A DNA stretch of 63,403 nucleotides, counting the filler, from Welwitschia mirabilis (Eukaryota), in NCBI GenBank assembly GCA_051453625.1. It is 8 parts of one record of this genome, joined end to end, with 100 filler letters (N's around TTAATTAATTAA, not from the genome) between each part and the next. Parts side by side here need not be neighbours in the genome. Positions count along the whole stretch, not along the records: positions 29,625 to 40,808 come from JBOZIK010000001.1; positions 40,909 to 50,932 come from JBOZIK010000001.1; positions 51,033 to 54,240 come from JBOZIK010000001.1; 5 more parts are not named here. The stretch is one strand, 5' to 3'. This document shows, in pieces, positions 40,001 through 54,340 of the stretch. Below the pieces are notes generated by a model, which was not told where the DNA came from, made no database searches, and was given only the letters and a program-made list of their open reading frames with translations. The position numbers and the translations under genes were made by a program. Each line of letters starts with the position of its first letter. Positions within the stretch are counted from its first letter, which is position 1.

Positions 40001-42799
40001 CATGTAAAAATATTTTTTAATGTTTTTAAAATTTTCCATCTTAAATTTAACCTAAATGAAAATATAATCTAAAAGCATAAAAGAAACTAAAATTTTTAAA
40101 AGGGTTTTTCAATGTGATGTATGAGTGAAGTTTTAAGGGAATGAAAGTAAAGGTTGGATGATGGATCATAAATAAGAAGGAAATATTTATAGATTTTTAT
40201 ACATGAATCCATAAAATTAGAAATAACATTGGTGTAAGTAGTAAAGTTTATGTGTTCAAAATTAGAAATATCTTGTCTATGCTTGATTAATAACCCATGC
40301 AAGACATCATTTTAAGATGAACGTAAAAGTAAGTTAAAAACCATTAGAGAAGGTGAATATACATTAAAAAAGTTATTAGAAGATGGTTCNNNNNNNNNNN
40401 NNNNNNNNNNNNNNNNNNNNNNNNNNNNNNNNNNNNNNNNNNNNNNNNNNNNNNNNNNNNNNNNNNNNNNNNNNNNNNNNNNNNNNNNNATCTTGAATAG
40501 AATGTAGCAAACAACCTAAAATTATCATGGAAAAGTGCATAAGTTCACAAATTGTATTAAAAAGGGTTAAAGACATAACTTTTTTATAAAATATCTATTT
40601 TAATGTCTTTTCCTAAGCTACATTGGTCAAATAAACTTGATCTAAGTGTCAAATTTGGCATGTTATCACACCTTTTAACTAGAACTTTGCTAGAGTCTTA
40701 GCAAAAAGCATGAGAAAGAAATGATTTAACATGGAGAAATTCTAAAGATAAATACTTAAGTATGAGAATGATATAATTTTTTCAAAATTTTTTTTACCAA
40801 TTTTTAAANNNNNNNNNNNNNNNNNNNNNNNNNNNNNNNNNNNNNNNNNNNNTTAATTAATTAANNNNNNNNNNNNNNNNNNNNNNNNNNNNNNNNNNNN
40901 NNNNNNNNATTTTAAGATGTGAAAAAAAGGTATGTTCATCACAAGCTCTGAATAAAATGTTTCAGGTTGTGGTATTCCAGGAAAACATGAGGAAAATCAA
41001 AATGATAATAATATTGAAAATAAAAACTCGGAAAACAACCCCTAAAATTTTTTCATTTTTAGAAATTGTTAATAAGCAAAATTAAAACACAACAGAAATA
41101 GAAACTAACCACTATGATAAAAAATTAAAGCAATAGAAAGGAAATACAAAAAAAAAAATGATGAGCCCTATTTATCTTTTTATTTTTTGATTCTCTTTTA
41201 GTTCACAACCTATAAAAAACACATTAGACCTATAACACAAAAGTTCTAATATGAAAATAATTTTTAGTTTAGAGTAGAAACTAAATAAAACTTAAAAAAG
41301 AACTAGTTTGGGTATTACTGGAAACATACCAGTACCCACCACTGGAAAATACAGAAAGGAAAACAAAAATCAAAAGAAAGTGAGCCAATTTTTGTAACAC
41401 TAGAAGGGGACTATTACCAACCACTGGAAGTATTGGAAAACTAAAAATATAAACTAAATTATGTGCCTTATGTAAACCTATTATGCCATTATCCCCAACA
41501 ATGATGTCAAAAAGTAGTTCATGTTAGCTTTTTCGATTTATATAAACTAATACCTTCATTATAGTAGAGTCCAGGTATTGTTCTTTTCATAAGGATAAAT
41601 CAAGATAGGACTAAATAAAGGCAATACAAATGTCTCTTAACTTATAAGAAATTAAACAAAAATAATAATTGAGTTTGAGTTGAGATTTCAAATTAACTGA
41701 TGAAATAGGGAAATGGACTATATCTCCAAGGTTTAGCTTGAATTGTCCAACAACATACTTCACTCCAATGATATCCTATAACTTCTTGAAATAAATCTTA
41801 AATTGTGAATTTGTGATAGCTCGGGTTGTGGTGACATAATCTCATTTACCACATGAAATCTCATTTACCACATGAGTGTTGGTGAATTCATTAATCACTT
41901 TTACCTTTTATAGCCTTTCATAAGTATGTAAAGTAAGAACTACTATACTCAAGATTCATTAAATAAAAGTAACTACAACCAAGAAGCAAACTTAGATAAC
42001 TCACTCGGTTATTAAAAGAACTCAACAATGTAGTTTCACTTAAGTATTGAAAGTATAAGGGTACTTGCAACTCAAAATAAAAAATGAACAACTACTATTT
42101 CATTAAAAGAAGAGTTTACATTACATTAAAAGAATAAGGTAAAGCTAATACAGACTCCTTGAAGCTAGCCTTGAAGCTAGCTTACTCCCAAAGGAGGAAA
42201 AAGTCATGTCAATAGTTGATGCTATAAGGGGTTCCAACAATTTTCTCTAGATAAAGGTTCTTATAAATGAGGATGCTTACCTCTTCGTATAGGCAAAAAT
42301 AGGATTAAGGTTTTTCAATTAGGGTTTTACACTGTAGGATTTACATTTGGAAATTTGATACTTTTACAACTGCATAACTTATCAGAGTTTAATATTACTT
42401 CTACCTAACCCCATAAGCATAAATTTATCATTTTCTCAAGACAAATTTGAAATGTAGCTCTTGACCCATTCTGCTCTAGATGATCAGGGTGCTAGTAACC
42501 TAGATGATGACGCCGGTATTCAAATTTCAATATGTTGAACANNNNNNNNNNNNNNNNNNNNNNNNNNNNNNNNNNNNNNNNNNNNNNNNNNNNNNNNNNN
42601 NNNNNNNNNNNNNNNNNNNNNNNNNNNNNNNNNNNNNNNNNGAACAAAATATAGCATATAACCTATAATTATCATGTGAGTGCATAAGTTCACAAATTGT
42701 ATTAAAAAGGGTAAAAGACATAATTTTATGGTAACATAGATATTTTAATGTATTTCCTTAAATAAAATTGATCTGAATGTCAACTTTTGCATGTTATCA
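37041..42799 (-). mobile_element. Athila-like LTR pair (minus) with little internal sequence; left LTR interrupted by an insertion
   Basis: 37041-37700 is homologous to 41515-42190, and 40490-40668 to 42640-42799. PBS-like ttgacatcattgttgggga (reverse complement of 41492-41510). PPT-like tract next to 40668. The flanks give no matching TSD, and a contig join lies between the LTRs. Confidence 0.6.
39640..40389 (+). mobile_element. Possible Mutator (MULE) transposase N-terminal relic
   Basis: LYYEG, KGLDDKI*DDDDNLIYGM..FKVIIVHV and VFKIRN resemble the N-terminal and DNA-binding regions of plant MuDR proteins. Very decayed. Confidence 0.35.
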
Positions 42800-43299
42800 T
42801 ATAAAATTTTATATTAAATATTTTATTTAAGATGATATTATTATCATAAAATAACTATATAATAATTTTTTAGTAATACATTTATCATGTATAATTAGAT
42901 AAGGATTTTCCCTTAGGCTTATACTTTCATAGTTAAATAAACAAACTAAGTACTATTTCTAAATCAGCTTAGGAGTCTAAATAGGTTTCTAATTGCTTAT
43001 TTCATGATTATGGTTGCATTCTTGTTAATCCAAATTAAAATAATTAGAATGACATTCTTTCACAAGGAGAATATAATTTAACATTAAGCTTATTTATGCA
43101 ATCATAACAATTGAGGAATATAAATGGAAATAAAAATTTAATATAATAAATACGACACAAGGTTCATTTGATGAATACATAAAATAAAGGATCAAATTGT
43201 ATAATCATTACATGTCACAACAAATAATAATTTTATTATGATATTTAAATTATTTTATTAAGTAAGAAATGTCTATAACCTTATTCCAATTATTAGCTA

Positions 43300-43500
43300 A
43301 TTGATGATAGTTAAACTAGTGGAACACTCATCTTCCATTTAGGAGATCAGGGGTTTAAACTTTTAAATGACTTGATTGACATAGTACTAGGTCTTGAACA
43401 TAATTAAAATCATTTTCTTGGGTGATTATGGCAGTTGTATGCTTGAGAAGGGGTTAGTCACTACAAGTCTCAAGTTTAACATCTTCCTTATTTTACTTAT
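43300..43500 (+). mobile_element. Possible degenerate tRNA-derived SINE
   Basis: Box A-like tagttaaactagtgg and box B-like ggtttaaact at tRNA-like spacing. No TSD found. Confidence 0.25.
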
Positions 43501-44959
43501 TAATATCTAAAAATATAAAAGATAAGTCTATTTATCAAGTATGAAATGCAAATACTAACAAAATAAATGATGTAGAAAATCATAAGTATAAACATCAAGA
43601 ATAAGGAAAAGCATCAAGCATAATAAGAATCATGTTTAATTAATTATTTATTTCAAATGAATGTCATAAATATTTCATCAACGTTATAATGAAGTTGTAT
43701 TATAATGTCTAATGTTATAGGCATAAAAGAACCAACAATTTAGGCTAGAGTTTAATAAAACTCCATGCAGGCCCCCAAATACTAAAAGAGGAATTTAATT
43801 AGTAAGATTGGATTGATTACTTCATAAGAATAGCTAGGATAAGTAAAGGGTTGAGCTATTCCAAAATCCTTTTTAAATACTATTAGCATTACAAAATCCT
43901 TAGTAAATAGTAAAGGGCTTGTCTTACAAAATAATATGACTTTTTTGGAGGCTATAACAACTAGATGCAAGTAGTGTTGCATTAGTTAAGAAAAAGAATA
44001 TTCTTAGATTTTTCCAATCCGTCCTTGTTAAATATCACTAAAACAATGAAAAGAATAATCATAATGTAGTTAGTAAGTTTTTTAACATAGTCCAATGTGG
44101 GTTTCAAATGTTAAATTTTTAAAATAAATCAACCATGAACATCTAGACTTGTGAAAAATATAAATATTACAATTCATAATATAGCCTATAAAATCATATA
44201 TAAAAGAGTATAACTAATAAGGATATAATAATGAATATGGATAAGGTATTTAAATACATAAAAACTATCTCTTCACACATCTTCTAATTAACTTATTACT
44301 AGTTTATTAGTAGTATAAGTAAAATATAATCAATATTTATCATATGCATAATAAAAAAAATAGTTAAAAAATGCAAAATTATCATTAAAAAAATGTAAAG
44401 ATATTAAAATAACAACATAAAAGAATCATTAAATGATTAAATACTTTCTAAAAATATGCTTGGAATCTCATAGCTAATTATAAATAAAAGGCAAATGAAT
44501 TTAAATTAGTTTATTTTATCATAAAATATACATGTATAAATAAATGTCTGGCATTAAAAGAAAATTGAAGTTAAACCATTACTTATTTATGAATGTCATA
44601 TGAAATAAAAATCACTGCACAATGACATGAGTAATGTTCTCATGAAAAATAATCATAACTAGTATATAAATGCATAAGAAATACATGAAAATATAGAATA
44701 ACAATGGGTAACATATATCATATAATATATATCATATATGTAGAGATACACCCTTAAAATAAGATGATAGTATATGAAATCTAAATAATACATTAGAGAA
44801 AAGCTCAATAGAAGAGATAGTTATTTTTATCAACATACATACATGTAAAGAAAGATAAAAAAAATATAAGATAAAGAAGAAGGGTAAAGTATCTTGGAAC
44901 AAATCAATTATGTGAAACAACGAATAGACAATATTTACCATTATGTTATGATGTAGTTA

Positions 44960-45540
44960 CCTACTAAACATTCTTTTATATCTTCTATTGTGTCTAAATT
45001 ACCTTTTCCATACTATCCAAAATACTGTTTGCATTCATGATTTGTGTTTCCTATCACTCTCCTTCAAGAAATGGTTATCTTTGAAGATGGATATTTTAGA
45101 AGGAAATCTAACTCATCATATTAATCAAATGACAACATTTACATGATAATGATTATGAGTAGTCTATTATGAGGATTATCTCAATGACTAATAATAGATT
45201 GCTAATAAGATTCATTCCTATGCATGTAAAACCAAGAATGGGATAATAAATCTCAGTCATGCAATCAGAATTCTTGCATTTTCCCTAACATGGCTCTTCA
45301 TCTATGGACTTGTTAAAGTATGTCAATATAAGGAGGGATCCACACTTAACTAATTAACTCTCATGAGTATTACATAGGTGATGGGATAATGAGAGGGTAG
45401 TTTAAAAGCATTCCTTATAAATTTCATTTACTTAGCTATAATACATCTGCTTGTATTATGAGATGATTCCAAATAAATAATGTTCATAAATAAATTAAGG
45501 CTTTATGGACCTCAATAGAATGTGCACTAAAGTAAACATT
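44960..45540 (-). mobile_element. Possible L1 3' fragment (RNase H region)
   Basis: WIPP and HFLKESDRK (cf. HIYREGN) motifs on the minus strand. Confidence 0.3.
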
Positions 45541-45779
45541 AGTAATAATAAATCTAAATAAGGATAATAGAAAATTATTAAATAATTTAAAAATTAACAT
45601 TTTTAGTTTATTCCTTACTAAGGTAGCAATATTTACTAAATGCACTCTTAAAAAGGGGGTTAATGAAATTGAAATTGAAATTTTATTATGCTCATATAAG
45701 ACCTCATTGGAGCTCTTAGACCTAAAAATTTACATGACATGGTAATGAAAAATTTCATCAAAGAATAATCCAAAACACA

Positions 45780-46868
45780 TGATGGAAATTATAATAATTA
45801 GATTAAATTTGAGTCCTTAATACTTCATTTTTTTTTTCTAGTGGTAGATGTTCTAAAGAAAATGAAGAAAGTATGTTCTTTATTATCAATCCATCTTGTA
45901 TGAAAAGTTAACATGTCTACAAAAGTCATTTGTAGCCATCTTTCTATTTCAATGCTAAATTAGTGAGAGCTAATTCTAACCTTACAAATTTGATACGTAA
46001 TATGTAGAGTAATTGAATCATGTAGATAGGTGTTTTTTGTAGCCAAACCACATATTATATGATTCAAAAAATAGTCTTTTTTCGTCTTACATCTCCCCAT
46101 ATTTTTTCTACCACTTCTCTCTTAATAATATTTTGTAATTTTTTAGAATTAGAATTAAAAACTTCTTCTAAAATATTTCATCTTTTTAATCATATTTTAT
46201 CTTGTTTAAACCATCCTTGATCTATAGTCTTTAAAATAAGTGTATGGGAAAATTGTTTACCTTGGGAATTCACTAATTTATATAGATGAGTAATAAATTG
46301 GTAGAGATTTTGGGCTTTCAAAGGCAATAACTTAGTCTTTAAGAGCATAATGTCATATTGTGTTTGAGAATTTATTTTGAATTCCTCTTATCAAAATTGT
46401 TCTTAGATTATTTCAATTTTATTTCATTACTTCTCTCCCAAATTAGGGTGCCATCCTACATAATCATATTGAATGGCTTAGTAGATCAAAGTGCAAATTA
46501 ATTGTTTTCTAATTTCTTAAGATAAGACCCTTTTTTCCTCCATCTGGTTTGAAATGCATATAAAAATTTTTGAGCTTTCTTTATTCCCTATGAAATGCCT
46601 TGATCTCATCTATAGTTATTAGATCATTCTAAATCCAAATATTTGTAAGAGGAGAAAATCTCAATCTTTTCATCTTCTAAGTAAAAAGTAAAATTAGTAT
46701 TTCTAGTTTCAGAAACCATGAATTTACTATTGTAGACATTAAATTACATTCCAGAGGATAAGCAAAAATCATGTAACTATTAAAGTATATTTTGTAGCTC
46801 TTTAATTAACTTAGAAATTAAGGCCACATCATTTACATAAAGTAAGAGATTTATTACTATTAAGAACC
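45780..46868 (-). mobile_element. RTE-X-like LINE copy (RT C-terminal half to Cys/His finger), cut by a copia insertion
   Basis: INLLLYVNDVALISK..LQNIL..HDFCLSSG; KVRISSH*FSIEIERW; IDNKEHTFF. Confidence 0.75.
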
Positions 46869-49800
46869 TATTGTCATTGATCAAATTAACGAGTTTTTAT
46901 GGAGTTAGTCATTGTGCATAGATTTTCTAACACTGGGTGACTGTTATATAAATCTGAGTGACCGACTAGTTTTATGAACATACTCTAAACATAAAGCGGG
47001 TGACCGTATGCAATTATTAGGGTAACTGGATTTTTAGTAATGTAAAAAACTACTTTAGGTTTGGGTGATCAAGATTCCAAGTCAGGGTGATCAAATTATT
47101 AATCAGAAGAAGACCAATTCTAGCACGGGTGACTATGCATCTTACCTAGGGTAATCTAATTTCAAATCTGTAATAGACTGAGATAAAAGTGGACGACCGC
47201 TCACAGTGTAAAGGGTGACCACACTGTAATCTATAAAATTCAGTCTACTGACAGTAAGGGCGATCAAATCGTTAATTAAGGATGACTACATACTGCCCAG
47301 AATCGACCTTAACAAGGTCGACTAATTGATCAATTAAGGGTAATCTAAATGAGGTCGACTGCCTATTTACTTAAGGGAGACCAAATGTTCATCTGCACCA
47401 GACTGATAAATCTACGTCAAGCAATAGTGACCGAATGAATTAACTTAGGCAAACGAATGTTCTTGTTTAAAATTGTGACAAATCTAAATCAAACAAGGGC
47501 GACCAGATTAAATGAAGAAGGGTGATCAAATACTAAGGCAGTAGTATCTCTTGAGGTCTACCTAACGTATTACAAATATAACTGTTATATTTTCATAGTT
47601 CATCCAAAACGATGTGAAATATACTATAATGGTCTGCTTCTTTTCTCTCAATAGTTACCTTTTGTAGTTTTTCTATTTAAGTAATTTTTCATTAGAATGA
47701 AGGATACTTTTTGAAGAACATAAAAAGAAACTGTTACATCAATCATTCTATACCTGAACGACTATGAGTTTAGATTTCCATTTGAGCTTCTTTTTAGCCC
47801 ATCTCTTATAAGAGCTTGATGTACTGCTTGTTCTTATGGAGCATATCTATGCATTTGTGCATTTAGCTTTTACTTTATTTCCATTGTGGTTGTGGATTAG
47901 ATCAAAAATCCTTAGTAATTAAATAGGTTTATGGTAAGCCTAAAAACCATTCTTTGAGGTTAATATATGCCAGCTAGAGACTGGTGGTCTAAGGGTTGAA
48001 GGATGGTATCTATCCACCATTAAAATATGTTGTGCTTTTGTTGGTGTATTTGATTTTTATTTGTAAGTTATTAAAGTGGAAGAATTTTTGTATCACGACC
48101 TATTCACCCCTCTCTAGGGTCGATTTGTGATTTCTTAATTGGTATCAAAACAAGGTTGAGCAACAAATCCTAACAGATCTCTGCTCTAATCAACCTTAGA
48201 AAATGAGTCATCCCTTAGAAGAAAATTCTAGCACAAGGCCTCCCTTCTTTGACAGAACCAAATATGGTTATGGGAAGGCAAAAATGAGGGTCTTTATTCA
48301 ATTTATTAACCTTGAAATATGGGACTCTATCACTAATGGCTATTGTCTTCCCCTTATGCAAGATCTTATAATTAAGTTAATGACTCTGAAGAGCATGGAC
48401 AAGTGGATACTTAATGAAAAGTTGACAGCATCATGCAATTTCAAAGGACTGAATGCCATCTTCTGTGCCATAGGTCCAGAAGATTTCAAACAAGTAGTAA
48501 ATTACACCATAGCAAAAGAAGCATAGAACATCTTATAGACCACTCATGAAGGAACTAGCCTAGTGAAGCAAGCTAAGATTCAGATGCTCATCACTTAGTT
48601 TGAACATCTCAAGATGGAATAAGATGAAGGTATAAATGATTTTTTTGCAAAAATAATAGATATTGTTAATTATATGTGTGGCCTAAGTGAAATTATCAAG
48701 GAGTTAAGTGTACTTTGCAAAGATTTAAGATCCCTACCCAAGAGATTCGAGTCCAAAATAATGACCATCAAAGAAAGCAAGGACCTGAATATCATGAAGA
48801 TGGATGAACTTCAAGGAAAACTTCGCACATTTGAACTAAAGTATGAAAAGCAGAAGAAGAAAGTGTAGCCTTGATAGTTGCTCATGAGAACTCCGATATC
48901 AAGGAAGGATCTGATCAAGAACCAGAAAGCAAAGATGAAGTGACTTTTTTAGCCATAATATTTAGACGCTTCATGCAGCAACGATAAAATGGAGGTCAAT
49001 CTAGAAGACCACTAAGAATAAAGAGGAGGGATGATGAGATATCTAATGCACACGTCATATGTCTACTCAAATAACAAAAAGGATGATAAAAAAAAAAATG
49101 AAAGAAAGTCTTATCAGCAACATGAGACAATGAAGAAAGTGAGAGCAGATAGAACTCAGATTCAGATCAAGGTGGAATCTCTCTCATGGCTTTTATAGAT
49201 GATAAAGTATGTTCTTTACCCATCATTGATTCTTTTGATAATAATAATTCGCTCAGTGAAATAGAAATAAAACTTTATATGGAATGTCAAAATCTGGATC
49301 TCAGAGTAAACAATCTTAAGAAAGAAAACAAAAATCTATTAGGTAGGCTAGAATCAAGAGAAAGGGAAATTAGAGATTTAAAAATTAAACTTGACTCAAA
49401 TTCACCATTATTTAAAGGGACCATTTCTAGTAAACATTCCTCTAGTATGTTTCATTTATATAATAATTCTTATTCTCAAACCTTTGTCTAAAGTGAATCC
49501 AAGTACTCTTTAGCAAATATTACCTGCCATTATTTCAACAAAAAGGGTCATTCAAAGATTGATTATATTTTTCGCAAAAGTTAGTTACCTCACGCCATGT
49601 TAGGTTCTAAGTTTACTTTTTCTTCAAAGTTTAATCAAAATTCAAATAAAAAGAAATGTATGAGGTGGATTCCAAAGTCCTCAAATAAAAGCCTATTAGT
49701 TCAAATAACTTTAAAAGCAACTAATCATTCTTGCTGATATCTTGATAATGGTTTTTTTAGACATACGACAAGTTATAAGTCCAACTTCATCAAATTCAAG

Positions 49801-50932
49801 AAATACAATGGAGGAGAAGTAACTTTTGAGGATAATGGAAGAGCTTAGATTGAAGGGATTAGAAGCATTGGTGGATATTTATAATGTGTTATTTGTGAAT
49901 TGCTTAAAGCATAATCTGTTAAGCATTAGCCAAATTTGTGATAAAGGTCATAAAGTATCATTTGATAAAAATAAGTGTATAATAAAACATGATGAAACAA
50001 ATCAACTATAACTTATAATAACTAGACACAAAAATGTTTACTATGTAAATCAATTAAACAATTCTACTTATCTCTCTTCTCATGTTCAAGAAGACGTCAT
50101 CTGGTATCAACATTTAGGTTATATTAGTTTTGATATTTTGAAGAAAATATATATCATGATAAGATTGTTAGAGGACTTCCAAAACTTTCTATCACTCATA
50201 AAGGCTTATGTGATGCTTGTCAAAAAGGAAAACAAACCAGAATGTCTCATAAAAGNNNNNNNNNNNNNNNNNNNNNNNNNNNNNNNNNNNNNNNNNNNNN
50301 NNNNNNNNNNNNNNNNNNNNNNNNNNNNNNNNNNNNNNNNNNNNNNNNNNNNNNNTAGTTCAAATAACTTTAAAAGCAACTAATCATGCTTACTGATATC
50401 TTGATAGTGGTTTCTTGAGACATATGACAAGTTATGAGTCCAACTTCATCAAATTCAAGAAATACAATGGAGAAGAAGTAACTTTTAAGGACAATGGAAG
50501 AGCTTAGATTGAAGGGATTGGAAGCATCGCTGGATATTTATAATGTGTTATTTGTGAATTTCTTAAAGCATAATCTATTAAGCATTAGCCAAATTTGTGA
50601 TAAAGATCATAAAGTATCATTTGATAAAAATAAGTGTATAATAAAACATGATGAAACAGATCAACTATAACTTGTAACAACTAGATACAAAAATGTTTAC
50701 TATGTAAATCAGTCAAATAATTCTACTTATCTCTCTTCTCATGTTCAAGAAGATGTCGTCTAGTATCAACATTTAGGTCACATTAGTTTTGATATTTTGA
50801 ATAAAATATATCATGATAAGATTGTTAGAGGACTTCCAAAACTTTCTATCATTCATAAAGGCTTATGTGATGCTTGCCAAAAAGGAAAACAAACCAGAAC
50901 GTCTCATAAAAGAATTAGTAATATTACTATTA
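46869..50932 (+). mobile_element. Second SIRE-like Ty1/copia element: 5' LTR, gag, protease, start of integrase; truncated at a contig join
   Basis: LTR ~46869-48137 ends cctattcacccctctctagg. PBS tggtatcaaaac at 48140. Gag MSHPLEENSSTRPPFFDRTKY, RSLPKRFESK; HNLLSISQICDKG; LCDACQKGKQTR. Confidence 0.85.
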
Positions 50933-51032
50933 NNNNNNNNNNNNNNNNNNNNNNNNNNNNNNNNNNNNNNNNNNNNTTAATTAATTAANNNNNNNNNNNN
51001 NNNNNNNNNNNNNNNNNNNNNNNNNNNNNNNN

Positions 51033-54000
51033 TTTAGATACTGTAGTAGATCCGATATTCACCAAAATTTAGGATGGTTTAATGATTATTATTCTTCGAT
51101 CAGTGGATGAGATTTCTTTAGGTTGAAATTAGATGATTTTGTGATCCTCATTATTTTTTTGAACATCTACTTGATTTGAAGCAGGTTCTTGTTTCGAGGG
51201 TGTTTTAGATGTTAAACGTGCCTCACATAATTTTTCTAAAGCTTGTCTATAAGGTTCAGAGTTTTTAATCAATGANNNNNNNNNNNNNNNNNNNNNNNNN
51301 NNNNNNNNNNNNNNNNNNNNNNNNNNNNNNNNNNNNNNNNNNNNNNNNNNNNNNNNNNNNNNNNNNNNNNNNNNNGTTCAGAGTTTTTAATCAATGAAGA
51401 AAGATGTTGATATGCTTCCTCTACTTTAGAGGCATGCGACTGTGATTGAATATTTGGTTGAGGAGTGGATCAATTTTGAGCGTCTTCTATCTTGACTAAT
51501 CGTTATAGCTTCTGCTTGTTTTCTTATATGATTTGTTCTAATGATTTTGTCGACTGTCCTTTGATTACCTAAATCGTGTAAAGGGCATTATCGTCTTGAA
51601 TTACCACATGTTGTAGTATTTGTGACATAGAGACTTGAGTAGGAAAGGGGTTCTTGTAGATCTTGAGCTATTCATTTACAACTATGAGGATCGTATCAAA
51701 TTTAATATCTTTTTTGTTCTCAATGATATCTTGGATGATATGTTTTAAGTTNNNNNNNNNNNNNNNNNNNNNNNNNNNNNNNNNNNNNNNNNNNNNNNNN
51801 NNNNNNNNNNNNNNNNNNNNNNNNNNNNNNNNNNNNNNNNNNNNNNNNNNNNNNNNNNNNNNNNNNNNNNNNNNNNNNNNNNNNNNNNNNNNNNCGTAAT
51901 CCTCGTTTTTTTTCTGGACATCTACTTGATTTGAAGTAGGTTCTTGTTTTGAGGATGTTTTCAATGTTAAACGTTCCTCACATAATTTTTTGAAAGCTTG
52001 TCTATAAGGTTCAGAGATTTTGATCAACGAAGAAAGATGCTGATATGCTTTCTCTACTTTAGAGGCATGCGATTATGATTGAATATTTGGTCAAGGAGTG
52101 GATCGACTTCGAGCGTCTTCTATCTTGACTAATCATTGTATCTTCTACTTGTTTTCTTGTATGATTCATTCTAATGATTTTGTTGACTATCCTTTAATTA
52201 CCTAAATTGCGTAAAGGGCATTATTGTCTTGAATTACCACATTTTATGGTATTTGTGATAGAGGCTTAACTAGGAAAGGGGTTCTTATAGATCTTGAGCT
52301 ATTCATTTGCAGCTACAAGAATCATATCAAATTTAATATCTTTTNNNNNNNNNNNNNNNNNNNNNNNNNNNNNNNNNNNNNNNNNNNNNNNNNNNNNNNN
52401 NNNNNNNNNNNNNNNNNNNNNNNNTAACTCTTGGATTTCAATGCATTAGGATCTTTCTTCTTGATTGGAGGTAGTTGAATTATTTTCTTTTATAGTAAAA
52501 ATTTTAAAGATCTTTGTTAATAGTATTTGTAACCTAGTAAAGTTTTTCCTAGGTCTTTGAATTGAATTTTGATTTTTAGATTGATTCTGGTTCTGGTTTT
52601 GAGTTGTATATGTTTATTATTGTGTTTGGAGTTGTTGTTGAGATGGTTGTTGTTGTTGAGGTAGTGGTTGTACTTGGAAACTCTATAATTGTTGAGGAGG
52701 CAGGTAACAAGGTTGTCCTACAACTAGTTGAAAGCGAAAAGCATTTGGAGGAAAAAGAGATTATGATTGTACTTGCTGTATGATTGGACTGGTAAATGGT
52801 TGAGGTGGATAACTTGATTGAGGAGGTTGAACTGATTGAGAGGTTTGATCGACCATTGCTATGTTTTTTGAATTGTTCGTTTTTTTTTTGTTGTTGTTAT
52901 TGTTGTCTTTTCTTATCGATTCACCTTGTGACGTATTTCCATACTTTATGACATCTTTTTCTCTACCTATGACTTCAATTCTTTTTCCCAATGTGATAGC
53001 TTATTTAAATGTTTCAAATGCTTGCATCGTAATATGTTCAGAGACTATGGAATACATTATTTGGCAAAGAGATATACCATATTAGAATCTGCAATAGGGG
53101 TTTTTAATTATAAGGCAATAACTCTCCATCATTAAGCATAATCTTGGATGGTTTCATTGAACTATTATTTCATTGTTAAGGAATCTAATGTCATTCTCTT
53201 ATGTTGATCGAGTAATGTTGTACAAACATCTCGAACAGTTGTTTAAGACTAGTGATGGAATGGGTTGGTAAGCGATGATACCATTTAAGAGCCTGTCATC
53301 TGAGAGACCAACAAAATAGATGACATGTGGTGTTTTATTCTATGTTGTACATGTAACATGAGTGCTTGAAGTTACTAACATGAATTATAAGGTCTTCGAC
53401 ACCTATAAATTTCTCGAAGTTAGGTGAGATGACTTTATGATAGATAGAAGGGTGAATTGATGTATCTTCTTAATCCATGTCGAGGTAGTTTTTCTTAGCT
53501 TGGAGGCCTCGTTTAATGTCATTGATGGCCTTCCATAGCATGTTGAATTCTGTCGATTGAATTGGTGATTTATCATTTTTGGTTTGTTGAATTTTGGGTG
53601 GTTGATCATCATTTGTTTCATATTTGAATAAGCTATTATCATTGTAGTCCTTCTTTCGGATTTGCGATTCAAGTTTTCATGATGTTGGAGGTTTTTGGTT
53701 GCGACCCCATTGAATTATGAACGCTTGGTTTTTGTCATATTTTTGGGAGAAGGGATCTTCAGGGAAAACCTTGTTCTCGTCATATGAAAGTACTAGTTTT
53801 TTAATCGTTAGCAATCATATCCTTTGGATGGGAGGGGTCAGGTAACCTTCCCAGTAACTCCTATAGTCATTCATGGCATGGAGTTCATCAGAGGTAAGGG
53901 TCGAGGGTGTTGTTGGATGAGTACCTTGTAGTCATCTTCAGAGATGCAAGTTTTTTTCTCATAGGTCGACATTGGCATTATGGCTGTTATGTATAACAAG

Positions 54001-54240
54001 CTGGTAGGCAAAAATAGAGCATAAAACAAACGTGATTAAAAAAAAATGAAAAAACAACAAAATACCTATATGAGGGGCCCTTCTTTTAGCACCAAAACTA
54101 TTACAACTTTTCACAACGTCAAATTTTGTGATATGATATCTTAAAAATATTTAAGTTGAATAAAAGCTAATGGCTAATTGATGTTATGGTTTGGGCATAT
54201 AATGTTATAGGTTTCGTAAAATCTATAATTAAACATTAAA
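51033..54240 (-). mobile_element. Tat/Ogre-like Ty3/gypsy relic: LTR end, PBS and gag
   Basis: PBS tggtgctaaaagaaggg (reverse complement of 54078-54094; cf. TGGCGCTAGAAGGAGGG). Gag-like FEKFIGVEDL and KQLFEMFVQHY, and a Gln/Pro-rich C-terminal region. Confidence 0.6.
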
Positions 54241-54340
54241 NNNNNNNNNNNNNNNNNNNNNNNNNNNNNNNNNNNNNNNNNNNNTTAATTAATTAANNNN
54301 NNNNNNNNNNNNNNNNNNNNNNNNNNNNNNNNNNNNNNNN

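Noticed and set aside
45780-46300. Penelope-like RT suggested by TRWIDN and NSQGKQFS
   Set aside because: The neighbouring frame clearly reads as the RTE-X-like LINE C-terminus.
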